A DNA stretch of 64,000 bases from Bacilli bacterium. Its GTDB lineage: Bacteria; Bacillota_I; Bacilli_A; RFN20; CAG-826. Under the pieces are notes generated by a model. It ran no database searches and was not told the DNA's origin. It saw only the letters and a list, made by a program, of their open reading frames with translations. Positions within the stretch are counted from its first letter, which is position 1, and each line of letters starts with the position of its first letter. Below are positions 48,223 to 58,441 of the stretch, in pieces. Where the stretch lies: the NCBI GenBank assembly GCA_045597865.1, contig JAZLKX010000001.1:32001-96000 (forward strand), given 5' to 3'. The position numbers were made by a program, and so were the translations under genes.

Positions 48223-48482
48223 ATTTTTGAAGTTTTAATAGTGTTTTATATACATGAAAATAATCGGAATGAAAATAGCACATATAGAACATCACTTAAT
48301 GCGTTCTTTAACATTTGGTTGTTGCCTTAATCTAGAAATCTCAATGAAACTTACTAGCTTCTTCGGAAGCCGTCATGATTTTTTAGAACCCTTAATTAAT
48401 TATAAAAATACTTTTAAATACTTTTTAATTTAATACTATAAAGTTGTATCTTTTATTTTGCAATTTTGCTATCATTTAATAA

Positions 48483-49865
48483 ATGAAAAATTGTCAAATT
48501 TTTACTCCAAGAAAAATAGTTAATAAAATGCTAGACGAAATTGGCTTCAAGGGAGAACATATAATTGGTAAAACAATTTGTGACTTGTCTTGTGGCGATG
48601 GAGCTTTTTTGTCTGAAATTTTAAATAGAATTATTAAAGAATGCAAAAATAAAGAACTGCCAAATGAAGAAATTGCTAAAATTTGCAATGAGTCAATTTA
48701 TGGCTGTGAAATAGATTTCGAAGTATATAAAAAATGCATTAATAAGCTCAATGCTATTGTTGAAAAAAAATTAAATCTTAATATACTTTGGAAAAATATT
48801 ATTACGGATAATGGGCTTCTTTCTTTTGAAGGTAGAAAGTTTGATTTTGTCGTTGGAAATCCTCCTTACATTTCATATGCAGATTTAGAAGATAAGGAAA
48901 GATCTTTTTTAAAAGAAAAATTCAAAACATGTTCATTTAACAAATTTGATTGTTATTTTGGTTTTATTGAAAAGTCTCTCTATCATATAAACGAAAACGG
49001 TTTAGTTGCAATCATTGCCCCAATAAATATGTTCAAAACTAAATCCGGAAAAATTATTAGAGAGTTTATAAAAAATAGTCTTGTTGAGATTATTGATTTA
49101 AGTCAAGAAAAAGTTTTTAAGGGTGTTTTGGTTAATACTGTAATATCGATATACAAAAAAACAAACGATGGTAAGATTAGATTTGTTGTTAATAATAAAA
49201 TAACTACACATTCTTCTGAATTTGTGTTGAATAAACTTTGTAACATTGACAATTCAGGAAAACATAGATTTGGAGATTTTTTTAAAGTTAGCTGTTCTGT
49301 TGCAACATTAAATAACGATGTGTTTGTTGTTGATTCAGAGACTTGTAATAGGAATAATTTTGAAAAAGATTTATTATTTAATGCGACTAGTCCTAGAATT
49401 GTGAAATCTAAATCGGATTTTAAGATACTTTTTCCATATAGGATAGTAAAAGATAGTTATCAAAGACTTTCTGAGGATGAATTTTTGATAAAATATCCCA
49501 ATATTTATAATTATTTAATAATTCATAAGAATAAACTTTTGGATTGTGATAGGGACAGACATTCATCTTGGTTTGAATATGGAAGATCTCAAGGAATAAA
49601 AAACGTTGGAAAGCACCAGGTTCTAATTTCTGCAATTTTTACACATAGTTTGTTTGTATCAACTTTAAAGGAAAAAGATGTTGCTATTGCTGGCTATACC
49701 ATTAAAATATTGGATGAAGAAAGTTTCGGTTTAAAAGAATTAAAACGAATATTAAAAAGCAATGAACTATTTAACTATCTTAAGTCAGTTGGAGTTAAAA
49801 TGTCTGGAGGATCTTATAGATTTTCTAATTTTGACTTAGAAAATTTTATGTTTGATTATGAGTGA
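48483..49865 (+). CDS. N6-adenine DNA methyltransferase (gamma class, TaqI/Eco57I-like)
   Basis: QIFTP, DLSCGDGAFL, FDFVVGNPPY, WFEYGRSQ. Confidence 0.9.
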   Translation: MKNCQIFTPRKIVNKMLDEIGFKGEHIIGKTICDLSCGDGAFLSEILNRIIKECKNKELPNEEIAKICNESIYGCEIDFEVYKKCINKLNAIVEKKLNLNILWKNIITDNGLLSFEGRKFDFVVGNPPYISYADLEDKERSFLKEKFKTCSFNKFDCYFGFIEKSLYHINENGLVAIIAPINMFKTKSGKIIREFIKNSLVEIIDLSQEKVFKGVLVNTVISIYKKTNDGKIRFVVNNKITTHSSEFVLNKLCNIDNSGKHRFGDFFKVSCSVATLNNDVFVVDSETCNRNNFEKDLLFNATSPRIVKSKSDFKILFPYRIVKDSYQRLSEDEFLIKYPNIYNYLIIHKNKLLDCDRDRHSSWFEYGRSQGIKNVGKHQVLISAIFTHSLFVSTLKEKDVAIAGYTIKILDEESFGLKELKRILKSNELFNYLKSVGVKMSGGSYRFSNFDLENFMFDYE

Positions 49866-52035
49866 ACAAGAAAATTTAAATTTTATAATTGATAATACAA
49901 AAATAGCCGAACTTTTTGGTATACAGAATTTTTCTAAATTAGAAAACGCTGTATTAGAACTTGTTAAAAATGCTTATGATGCTGGTTCATCTTCTGTGGA
50001 CATTAATTTTTATGAGGATGAAGTTGTCATAAAAGATAATGGTTGCGGAATGGATCGCGAGGACATACTTGAGTTTTGGATGCATGTTGGTAAAAGCGAT
50101 AAAAAGTATGAGTTTTCCGATTCGCAAAGTAACAAACGAGTTTATGCCGGATCAAAAGGTATTGGGCGTTTTGCTATTGCTCGAATCGGCAAAATAGCCG
50201 AATTAAAGTCTAAAAAAGCAAATTCTCAATGTATTCTTTGGAAAACTGATTGGCAAAACAACACCCTTGAATTAGTTGATGATATTTCGTTTTACGGAAC
50301 AGAAATAAAAATTTATAATTTGCGTGATAGAATCAATCAATCTTTTATCGAAAAGTTAAGCAGATATTTAGGCAGAACAAATTTTGATTCTTTGTTTGAA
50401 ATAAATCTTTTTTATAAAGGTAAAAAATTTGCCTGTAGAAATCCTTTTAAAAGTATTATTGTTGGTGAAACGTGTCTTTCAATGTTTAGGTTACGTTACA
50501 ACAAAATATCCAAAACTTTAAATTTTGATTTATCGTCTGATGAGTTTTCTTCTGAGGCCCAAAAATTTTTGGATGAAATTGGAAGCGACATTAATGTTTC
50601 AAAATTTTCTAGTATTGATCTTTTATCAGCTGCATCGTTTGAGCAAATATTAGATTTTGAAAAAGATGAAATTGATGAGGCACTCAATAAACTTGGAAAT
50701 TTTGACGCCACATTTTGTTTTAATAATAATCCAAATAAACAAGATGTGGACATGTTTCTTTATAAACGCAGTAAAGAAAATTCCATATCATTTTCTAATG
50801 AAGGAATTGCTTTGTTTAGAAATGCGTTTTGCATTGCTGGTTTCGACGGTTCAAATGATTGGTTAAATTTAGGAAAACGTGTTAGAAAATCTCCTGCCGC
50901 TGCATCTCATCAAACCGGCAGTTGGAGGGTAAGGGATAATCAATTAAGCGGTTATGTTTATTTGGATAAAAATGAAAATCATTTAATTAAAGAAATTCAA
51001 AATAGGCAGGGTATCGTTGAAGATGTTTACTATGAAGTTTTCAAGGCAATTGTTATTAAAGGAATTGAGTGTTTTGAAAAATATAGGCAAGCAATAATAA
51101 GAAAAATTAATACCAAGAATAAAATAAATAAAGATAATAATCTGGACCCAAAAATTGATGAATTTATCAAAGATCCAAAGAAAGCAAAAAACTATTCGGA
51201 AAAGGAATTAAATGAATTAGCAAAAAGTGTTGAAAAAGAAAGAAAACAACATTCCGATAACGAACAAATTTATAAACAAAAAGCCGAAAGCCAAGAATAT
51301 AACATTCGTTTATTAAATTCGCTTTCTACTATTGGCTTAAATGCCTCTTGGAAAGCTCACGAACTCGATAATTGTCGCAACAATTTATCTGATTTTACAA
51401 TTAATATTACAAATTCTTTACAAAAATCAGGTTGCTGGAATACTCTTCTTGAATATAGAAAAGGTTTTTCTACTGAGAATGTCCCAACATTATTACAAAA
51501 AAACGATAAAGCAACAAAAAAAGTCTTATTTTTTATCGATTCAATGTTAACTTCTATTGAAAAGAAAAAATTTTCTTTGCAAAATTTGAAACCACATGAA
51601 GTATTACAATCTATTGTTAATAAATGGAAAAATCAATATAGTTGGTTGGTTTTCAATCTTAATGTTCCTGAATTAATTTTTAATAGTAGTGAGGACATAT
51701 TTGAAACAATTTTTGATAATTTAATTTTAAATAGTATTCAGCAAAATTATGATTTTAAGGAATTGGAAATTTCTATTTCTTTGTTTGAACAAGGATCATC
51801 TATATATTTTAAATATTCTGACAATGGAAGAGGCCTTTCAGATAAATATATAAATCATCCTATGGATATTTTAGAGCCACACGAAACAACGCGAAAAAAT
51901 GGCCATGGTTTAGGAATGTGGATTGTTAATAATACCATATTAACTTGTGGTGGTGAAATAGTTGAAATTCAAGGTTCTAATGGTTTTTTAATAAGTTTCA
52001 CGTTAGGAGATATAAGTAATGGAAAAGAAAATTAA
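49852..52035 (+). CDS. GHKL (MORC/HSP90-like) ATPase fused to a histidine kinase
   Basis: ELVKNAYDA, DNGCGM, GSKGIGRF; AHEL; NLILNS, DNGRG, GHGLGMWI. Confidence 0.85.
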   Translation: MIMSEQENLNFIIDNTKIAELFGIQNFSKLENAVLELVKNAYDAGSSSVDINFYEDEVVIKDNGCGMDREDILEFWMHVGKSDKKYEFSDSQSNKRVYAGSKGIGRFAIARIGKIAELKSKKANSQCILWKTDWQNNTLELVDDISFYGTEIKIYNLRDRINQSFIEKLSRYLGRTNFDSLFEINLFYKGKKFACRNPFKSIIVGETCLSMFRLRYNKISKTLNFDLSSDEFSSEAQKFLDEIGSDINVSKFSSIDLLSAASFEQILDFEKDEIDEALNKLGNFDATFCFNNNPNKQDVDMFLYKRSKENSISFSNEGIALFRNAFCIAGFDGSNDWLNLGKRVRKSPAAASHQTGSWRVRDNQLSGYVYLDKNENHLIKEIQNRQGIVEDVYYEVFKAIVIKGIECFEKYRQAIIRKINTKNKINKDNNLDPKIDEFIKDPKKAKNYSEKELNELAKSVEKERKQHSDNEQIYKQKAESQEYNIRLLNSLSTIGLNASWKAHELDNCRNNLSDFTINITNSLQKSGCWNTLLEYRKGFSTENVPTLLQKNDKATKKVLFFIDSMLTSIEKKKFSLQNLKPHEVLQSIVNKWKNQYSWLVFNLNVPELIFNSSEDIFETIFDNLILNSIQQNYDFKELEISISLFEQGSSIYFKYSDNGRGLSDKYINHPMDILEPHETTRKNGHGLGMWIVNNTILTCGGEIVEIQGSNGFLISFTLGDISNGKEN

Positions 52036-52597
52036 AGTTTGTTATCTTGACGATGATCATGATTCCCCATTAACAAATTTTCTTAAATCAAAAGATCATC
52101 TTTTCGCGTATGAAGAAATAGGTATGGATGGTTGTAATTCTATTGAATCAATCATTTCAAAAATTGACGAAAAATCACCCGATATCTTGGTTATTGATTC
52201 TCAACTTTATGATAATGCTGATGCTTCTTTTAAAATAACTGGACAAGAACTCGAATTATTTCTTTTTAATAATAAGCCTTTTATTCAAACTATTATTATT
52301 TCTCAAAACGACGATACTGAGAGTATAAATTACGTTAAAAAATGTAAAACCCGCGAACAGAAAAACGCAAATGAATATTACGAAGACAATTTAATGCCAA
52401 TAATTTCTTTTTTGGTTTTTAAAGTTAATAGAATGATAAAAATTAATGTCAGATTTAGCAAAAATGAAATTTATTCAAAATGGACTCGCGATATGGTTGA
52501 AACAAAGCTTTCTAATAATGATTTTTATAATATTTCTGACAATAAGATAGATGAATTAATCGAATTAATTAAGGGACTAGAAAATTATGTTAGTTAA
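52019..52597 (+). CDS. Receiver-domain protein
   Basis: VCYLDDD, DILVIDSQL, TG, IIISQ, YVKK. Confidence 0.75.
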   Translation: MEKKIKVCYLDDDHDSPLTNFLKSKDHLFAYEEIGMDGCNSIESIISKIDEKSPDILVIDSQLYDNADASFKITGQELELFLFNNKPFIQTIIISQNDDTESINYVKKCKTREQKNANEYYEDNLMPIISFLVFKVNRMIKINVRFSKNEIYSKWTRDMVETKLSNNDFYNISDNKIDELIELIKGLENYVS

Positions 52598-53195
52598 TTC
52601 TGATGACTATAGATTAGGGTCTTGGGAAAGCGAATTAATTGATCTAAAAAAATATGATCAATTGTTCACTAAAATGAAAGATAATTGTATTGTTAATTAT
52701 TATAAAAATCTGAGCAATAATTCTGGCGAATACAAGATGTCTTATTTAGAATGTTTTCATTTTCATTGTGCTTATTGCGGGTTGAGCATGGAATTATTTG
52801 ATAGAACAAAATTTCAAATTGATCACATTTGTTCCAGAAAACCAAAAGATAATAATTACTACAATTTAGCCCCCGCATGTACTGGTTGCAACGGTTCTAA
52901 ATCTGATTCTTTTAATGATATAAAAATTTTGGGAGAATTTTCTCCATTAGGCAATTTGAAAAATGTTTTTGAACGCCTTGATGATTTTTCAATTTGTATT
53001 AAAGATAAATACAAAAATAATGTTTTTGCTTTAAAACTTTATAGTGATTTAAAATTAGGAAATTCTACAAAGCGTATTGATTTTGCTTTGCTTTGTTTGT
53101 CACATTTCTTTGAAATCTGTACAAATGACAAAATGAAATCAGATTTATCAAGAATATTGACGGTTATCAAAAGACTCAGGAGCAATTTATATTAG
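52587..53195 (+). CDS. HNH endonuclease
   Basis: CAYCG...IDHI...NLAPACTGCNGSK. Confidence 0.85.
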   Translation: MLVNSDDYRLGSWESELIDLKKYDQLFTKMKDNCIVNYYKNLSNNSGEYKMSYLECFHFHCAYCGLSMELFDRTKFQIDHICSRKPKDNNYYNLAPACTGCNGSKSDSFNDIKILGEFSPLGNLKNVFERLDDFSICIKDKYKNNVFALKLYSDLKLGNSTKRIDFALLCLSHFFEICTNDKMKSDLSRILTVIKRLRSNLY

Positions 53196-53197
53196 CT

Positions 53198-53944
53198 ATG
53201 AGGTCGGTAAGCATTATTACTCCAGCACACAACTGTAAAAACTATTTTACGGAAACATATAATAGTGTTTTAAACCAAACCTTTAAAGACTTTGAATGGA
53301 TAATTGTAGATGATTGTTCCACTGATGGTTCATATGAATTCATTAAGGAATTAGTTAAAGATAATCCATTCATTAAATTAATTAAAGCTGAAGTAAATGG
53401 TGGAACTGCTAAAGCGAGAAACATTGGATTAAGAAATGCTACTGGTAAATACATTACATTTTTAGATTCAGATGATTTACTTGATCCTAACTATTTAGAG
53501 GAACAAGTTAAGTTTATCAAAGATAATGGCCCAATCATTTCTTGTGGTTATAGAAGAAAAGCTGAAACAACCACGACTGATTTCTATGTTCCTGAAGAGA
53601 ATACATATAAATCAATCTTAAAAGGTTGTCCTCTTTCTTGTTTAACCACAATGTATGATAGAGAAGTAATAGGAGATGTATTTTTCCCTGAAAACATGAA
53701 AAGAGTAGAAGACTATACATTCTGGTTAGATATACTTAAACAAGGATATGTTGCAAAAGGAAATCAAAAGATTCTTGCAACATATGTAATTGGAAAGAAT
53801 TCTAAATCCAGAAATAAGTTTAAACTCATTAAGTATTACTTCTATGTCTATCACAAAACTCAACACATTAATTGGTTTAAGAGCTGGTTCTATGTATTTA
53901 GATGGGCTTGCTATGGTTTAAAGAAATATAAAGGTGTTAAATAA
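53198..53944 (+). CDS. Glycosyltransferase family 2
   Basis: IITPAHN, DDCS, FLDSDD, EDY. Confidence 0.9.
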   Translation: MRSVSIITPAHNCKNYFTETYNSVLNQTFKDFEWIIVDDCSTDGSYEFIKELVKDNPFIKLIKAEVNGGTAKARNIGLRNATGKYITFLDSDDLLDPNYLEEQVKFIKDNGPIISCGYRRKAETTTTDFYVPEENTYKSILKGCPLSCLTTMYDREVIGDVFFPENMKRVEDYTFWLDILKQGYVAKGNQKILATYVIGKNSKSRNKFKLIKYYFYVYHKTQHINWFKSWFYVFRWACYGLKKYKGVK

Positions 53945-53952
53945 ATACATAT

Positions 53953-54750
53953 ATGAAGAAGGTTTTATTAATTGGAAAAAACTCATACATTGGTAAATCA
54001 TTTATCAACGATTTTTCTAGTGAATTCAAAATTGATGAATTTGATTCAATTAATCCATTAACTTTAGATGTATACAAAGGATATGACACTGTTATCCATT
54101 TAGCAGGTATTACACATGTCTCAAACAAGAAGTCAAAGAAGTTAGATGAACTTTATATGAAAGTTAATAGAGACCTTGCTATTACAAGTGCTAATCTTGC
54201 AAAGGAAGCAGGGGTTAAACAATTCATCTTTATGTCATCCATGATCATATATGGAAAAGACAAAAGAATCGGGAAAACATATGATATTTCAAAGGAAACA
54301 AAGCCAAATCCTGAAAATGCATATGGTAGAAGTAAGCTAGAAGCAGACCTATATATTCAAGGTCTTAATTCAGATTCATTTAATACATTAGTTATTAGAA
54401 CTCCAATGGTATATGGAGAAGGATGTAAAGGCAATTATCCAAAGTTACTTAAACTTGCAGAGAAGTTACCAATCCTTCCAAAGATTCATAATAAGAGAAG
54501 TGTTATAGAGATTCATAACCTCACTAAATTCTTTAAGGATTCAATTAACTCTAGTTCAAATGGAGTAGTGTATCCTCAAGATGAAGAATATATGGATACT
54601 ACTAAAGTAATGATCGAACATAGATCATCTTTAGGAAAGAAATCACATCAATCTGTTTTCTTAAGATGGTGTGTTAAATTTGCATCTTTATTTATTGGTT
54701 CATTTAAGAAGATGTATAGCAACAAAATTTATATTAAATTTGTAAAATAA
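53953..54750 (+). CDS. NAD-dependent epimerase/dehydratase
   Basis: GKNSYIG, HLAG, YGRSK, RTPMVYG. Confidence 0.88.
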   Translation: MKKVLLIGKNSYIGKSFINDFSSEFKIDEFDSINPLTLDVYKGYDTVIHLAGITHVSNKKSKKLDELYMKVNRDLAITSANLAKEAGVKQFIFMSSMIIYGKDKRIGKTYDISKETKPNPENAYGRSKLEADLYIQGLNSDSFNTLVIRTPMVYGEGCKGNYPKLLKLAEKLPILPKIHNKRSVIEIHNLTKFFKDSINSSSNGVVYPQDEEYMDTTKVMIEHRSSLGKKSHQSVFLRWCVKFASLFIGSFKKMYSNKIYIKFVK

Positions 54751-54805
54751 TTTTAAAAGGTAAAATTTTCTTGTAAAACGCATTATATTATTTATAATAT
54801 TAAAC

Positions 54806-55585
54806 ATGAATTTATTTAGTCTTATTTTAGGAATTATCGGAACAATAACAGGCATTACAAGTTGTGTCATGGCTTTTACTAGTAATGTAATTGCTGGCTA
54901 TATTGTTGGAGGAGTACTTTTATTACTTTCTTTCTTATATCTTGCAAGTTTATTATTCGAAAGAAAAAAGAAAATTAAATTTTTCAAATACATAAGATGG
55001 AAAACTGGAAAGAATTTCGATGGATACGAAATTATAAAACGTGAAACAATTTACAAAATAAACAGTCAAGAATCAGAATGTTATACAAACATTATTCATG
55101 GAAAAGCAAAAAAAGATTTCCTTGAATCTACATATTGCACATTTACATGGGATCAAGATGAAGACTTTGTATTTGAAAAAGATGAGGGTTGTTCAGATAT
55201 AACATGTACAGCCGATGGTTCTTCCAGGACAGCTTATTATAAGTTCAAGGATGCGCTAAAAAAAGGAGATGTTTTTCAATCAAAATTCGAAATTAATAAT
55301 CTTAAAACCTCAAAACAAAATTTTAAAAATCATTGTTTTCTAGATATTAAGATTAATAAAAAAAGAACCAAAATTCTTGAAATGACTTGTTTAATAAAAA
55401 AAGATCTTAACCCCATTAACTTTAGATTTATGATAAAAGATGGGCAAGGTAATTTATTGGAAAATACTATTATTCCTAATCCTGAGAACATAGATAATGA
55501 AGGTTATCTTGTCATAAAGAAAACTATTAATTATCCTGACCCAAATTATTCATACATGATAAAATGGGATTGCATTAAAGAATAA
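54806..55585 (+). CDS. Hypothetical protein with two N-terminal TM helices
   Basis: 259-aa ORF with its own promoter-like sequence and terminator. Confidence 0.7.
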   Translation: MNLFSLILGIIGTITGITSCVMAFTSNVIAGYIVGGVLLLLSFLYLASLLFERKKKIKFFKYIRWKTGKNFDGYEIIKRETIYKINSQESECYTNIIHGKAKKDFLESTYCTFTWDQDEDFVFEKDEGCSDITCTADGSSRTAYYKFKDALKKGDVFQSKFEINNLKTSKQNFKNHCFLDIKINKKRTKILEMTCLIKKDLNPINFRFMIKDGQGNLLENTIIPNPENIDNEGYLVIKKTINYPDPNYSYMIKWDCIKE

Positions 55586-55641
55586 AATAATTTAGAATAG
55601 AATTGACCAAAGGAAAAAAATATGATTAATGACTAATATAT

Positions 55642-55664
55642 AAGCCTCTTATGAGGCTTTTTTT
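55642..55664 (+). terminator. Intrinsic terminator
   Basis: AAGCCTC-TTAT-GAGGCTT followed by a T tract. Confidence 0.75.
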
Positions 55665-55744
55665 GTATAAAATTTGTATTCAAAAAAATTTATTAACCTT
55701 TTCAGTTTGCTTATTCTCCTATACGCATTTATAATAAATGCTCT

Positions 55745-57601
55745 ATGAGAAAGATACATTGGCGTTCAATTATATATATTCTTGTAGATATAGTGCTTGT
55801 CTTTGGCATAGCACTTTTATCTTTTTTAGGTTCATATAAACTTGAAAGTTTTCAAGAATACCATAACGCTATATTGATATACTCTACTGGACTCACATTA
55901 TTAACTGTGATTGCCTTAGCAATCTTTAAGCAATACAAGACTTTATATACCAACTATGGAATGGCTGATAGCTACAGAACTATTATCGCATCCTTTGTTC
56001 CTGCTTTAGCAGGCTTAATTGTCTTGCTATGCGTAAAGCAAACTGGTTTTAAATCGATTGATATTATTGGATGGGCTCTTGCTACATTTGCAACTGTCTT
56101 CTCTTTAGTTATTGCTCGTTCTCTTCCTAGACTTGTTAACACAACTAGAAAGATACTCACAAATAAAAACAAAACAGTTAGAACAATGGTTATTGGAGCA
56201 GGCGCTGCTGCAAAGATCATTGTTGAAGATTCAGTCAATAACATTGAAAGCAAAAACAAAATCGTTGTCTTAATGGATGATGACAAGATGAAATACGGAA
56301 CATCATTCTCTAATATTCCTGTAGAGGGTCCAATATCAAGAGCAGCTGAAGTTATTGAAGAATACGAAGTTGAAGAAGTCATCATTGCTATTGCATCTTT
56401 AACAGAGCAACGTTTGCATGAGATTGTTGGATTATTATCCAAATCAAACGTTAGAGTCCGTAGAATGCCTCTTTTGACCGAAATGGTTGGCCCTAATGAT
56501 TCAAAGGTCATGGATGTTGACATCAATGACTTACTTTCTAGAAAACCAATTGAACTTGATAACACCGAAGTTACCGAAATGCTAAAAGGCAAAACAGTCC
56601 TTGTTACAGGTGCTGGTGGTTCCATTGGTAGTGAACTCGTTCGTCAAATATATAAGACACACCCATCAACACTTGTGTTGTTTGATATTTATGAGAACTC
56701 AACATATGATATTCAACAAGATTTAGTCCGTAAGATGAAACGTGAAGATATCAAAGATATCAAACTCGTTACTTTGATTGGCTCAACATATGATGAAAAA
56801 CGTGTTGAACAAATCATTCGTAGATATAAGCCAGATTACATCTACCATGCCGCAGCATACAAACATGTTCCATTAATGGAAGATTCTCCAGGAGAAGCTA
56901 TTAGAACCAATGTTATTGGTACATACAATGTTGCAAAACTAGCAGACAAATATGGTGTAAAGAAGATGGTTCTTGTTTCAACAGACAAAGCTGTTAGACC
57001 AACCAATACAATGGGTGCTACAAAACGATTTGCAGAAACAATTATCCAATACTTTGCAGAGAAATCAAAAACTACAGCATATGCTGCAGTTAGATTTGGC
57101 AATGTTCTTGGATCCAATGGCTCAGTTGTTCCACTTTTTAAAGAACAAATTAGAGAAGGTGGACCAATCACAATTACTCATAAGGATATCATTAGATATT
57201 TCATGACCATTCCAGAAGCAGTATCTTTGATACTTCAATGTGGATTATACGCTACTGGTGGCGAAATCTTTATTCTTGATATGGGTGAACCAGTCAAGAT
57301 TTATGATTTAGCAGTCAAACTTATTAGATGTGCAGGTCTTGTTCCAAATAAAGACATTCAAATCGTTGAGACTGGTCTTAGACCAGGAGAGAAGTTATAT
57401 GAAGAACTTCTTCTTGATAAGTCAGTTCAAAAGAAAACTCAAAACGATAGAATCTACGTTGAAGAAAAAGAAGCTACAAAACCAATTGAAGAAGAAATCA
57501 AAACAATTTCCAAAGTATTTGATATGGATGAAAAGAATGATGTTAAATCATTACTTGCATCAATCATTGATACATACACCATAGACAAAGGAAACAAATA
57601 A
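55745..57601 (+). CDS. capD: Membrane-bound UDP-GlcNAc 4,6-dehydratase (CapD/PglF type)
   Basis: 4 TM; GAGAAA; TGAGGSIGSEL, HAAAYKHVP, STDKAV, MGATK, RFGNVLGS, GLRPGEKLYEEL. Confidence 0.9.
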   Translation: MRKIHWRSIIYILVDIVLVFGIALLSFLGSYKLESFQEYHNAILIYSTGLTLLTVIALAIFKQYKTLYTNYGMADSYRTIIASFVPALAGLIVLLCVKQTGFKSIDIIGWALATFATVFSLVIARSLPRLVNTTRKILTNKNKTVRTMVIGAGAAAKIIVEDSVNNIESKNKIVVLMDDDKMKYGTSFSNIPVEGPISRAAEVIEEYEVEEVIIAIASLTEQRLHEIVGLLSKSNVRVRRMPLLTEMVGPNDSKVMDVDINDLLSRKPIELDNTEVTEMLKGKTVLVTGAGGSIGSELVRQIYKTHPSTLVLFDIYENSTYDIQQDLVRKMKREDIKDIKLVTLIGSTYDEKRVEQIIRRYKPDYIYHAAAYKHVPLMEDSPGEAIRTNVIGTYNVAKLADKYGVKKMVLVSTDKAVRPTNTMGATKRFAETIIQYFAEKSKTTAYAAVRFGNVLGSNGSVVPLFKEQIREGGPITITHKDIIRYFMTIPEAVSLILQCGLYATGGEIFILDMGEPVKIYDLAVKLIRCAGLVPNKDIQIVETGLRPGEKLYEELLLDKSVQKKTQNDRIYVEEKEATKPIEEEIKTISKVFDMDEKNDVKSLLASIIDTYTIDKGNK

Positions 57602-57602
57602 G

Positions 57603-58211
57603 ATGAAGTTATCAGTTAGACAGAAGATATATCTTCCATTTAAGCGTTTCTTTGATATTATATGTGCATTACTTGCACTTATTGTCTTTTCATGGCTTTA
57701 TATCATTTTAGGCTTACTTGTCGTGTGTACTTCAAAAGGTGGACTCTTTTTTAAACAAAAACGTATTGGAAAGAATAAGAAGACATTTAATATTCTTAAG
57801 TTTAGAACTATGAGAGCTGATACTCCTCATGACACTCCAACTCATTTACTTGAAAATCCAGAGCAATATATCACTAAAGTTGGTAAGTTCTTAAGAAAGA
57901 CATCATTAGATGAAATTCCTCAAGCAATTAATATTTTAATTGGCCAAATGAGTGTAGTCGGTCCACGTCCTGCATTATGGAACCAAGATGATTTAGTTGC
58001 CGAGCGTGACAAATATGGCGCTAACGACATCAAACCAGGTTTATCTGGATGGGCTCAAGCCAATGGAAGAGATACACTTCCTATTCCAGAGAAAGCTAAG
58101 CTTGATGGTGAATATGTTAAAAGATTCAATATCTGGTTTGATATTAGAATTATATTCAAAACGGTATTCTCAGCCTTTAGAGGCAAAGATGAAGTAGAAG
58201 GCAAGAAATAA
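57603..58211 (+). CDS. Priming undecaprenyl-phosphate sugar transferase (PglC-like)
   Basis: KRFFD, KFRTM, LRKTSLDEIPQ, GQMSVVGPRP, KPGLSGWAQ. Confidence 0.92.
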   Translation: MKLSVRQKIYLPFKRFFDIICALLALIVFSWLYIILGLLVVCTSKGGLFFKQKRIGKNKKTFNILKFRTMRADTPHDTPTHLLENPEQYITKVGKFLRKTSLDEIPQAINILIGQMSVVGPRPALWNQDDLVAERDKYGANDIKPGLSGWAQANGRDTLPIPEKAKLDGEYVKRFNIWFDIRIIFKTVFSAFRGKDEVEGKK

Positions 58212-58228
58212 TTGCCTTTTATTCTTCG

Positions 58229-58440
58229 CCGGTTTTTCTCATTACGATTCTTATTATCTATTCGAAAAACAATCATAGGGACTATGTCCCTATTTTGTTT
58301 TCATTTCTCGTATCTAGTAGAGAAATCTCTTCATTACCTAATTCTTATAGGAATAAAGAAATACATTACGATTATTACAATCTATTCTTAAAACTATCTT
58401 AACTCATCCATAGGCCTCCCTTTATATCGAAAGGAAAGAG
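58229..58440. repeat. Element C (full), partial C and hairpin D cluster
   Basis: C at 58229-58326, partial C at 58364-58394, D (CCTCCCTTT...AAAGGAAAG) at 58415-58440. Confidence 0.8.
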
Positions 58441-58441
58441 A

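Noticed and set aside
55972-57171. Antisense ORFs of 217 and 109 aa (and other short shadow ORFs in the track)
   Set aside because: They lie opposite or inside well-supported genes and carry no recognisable motifs.
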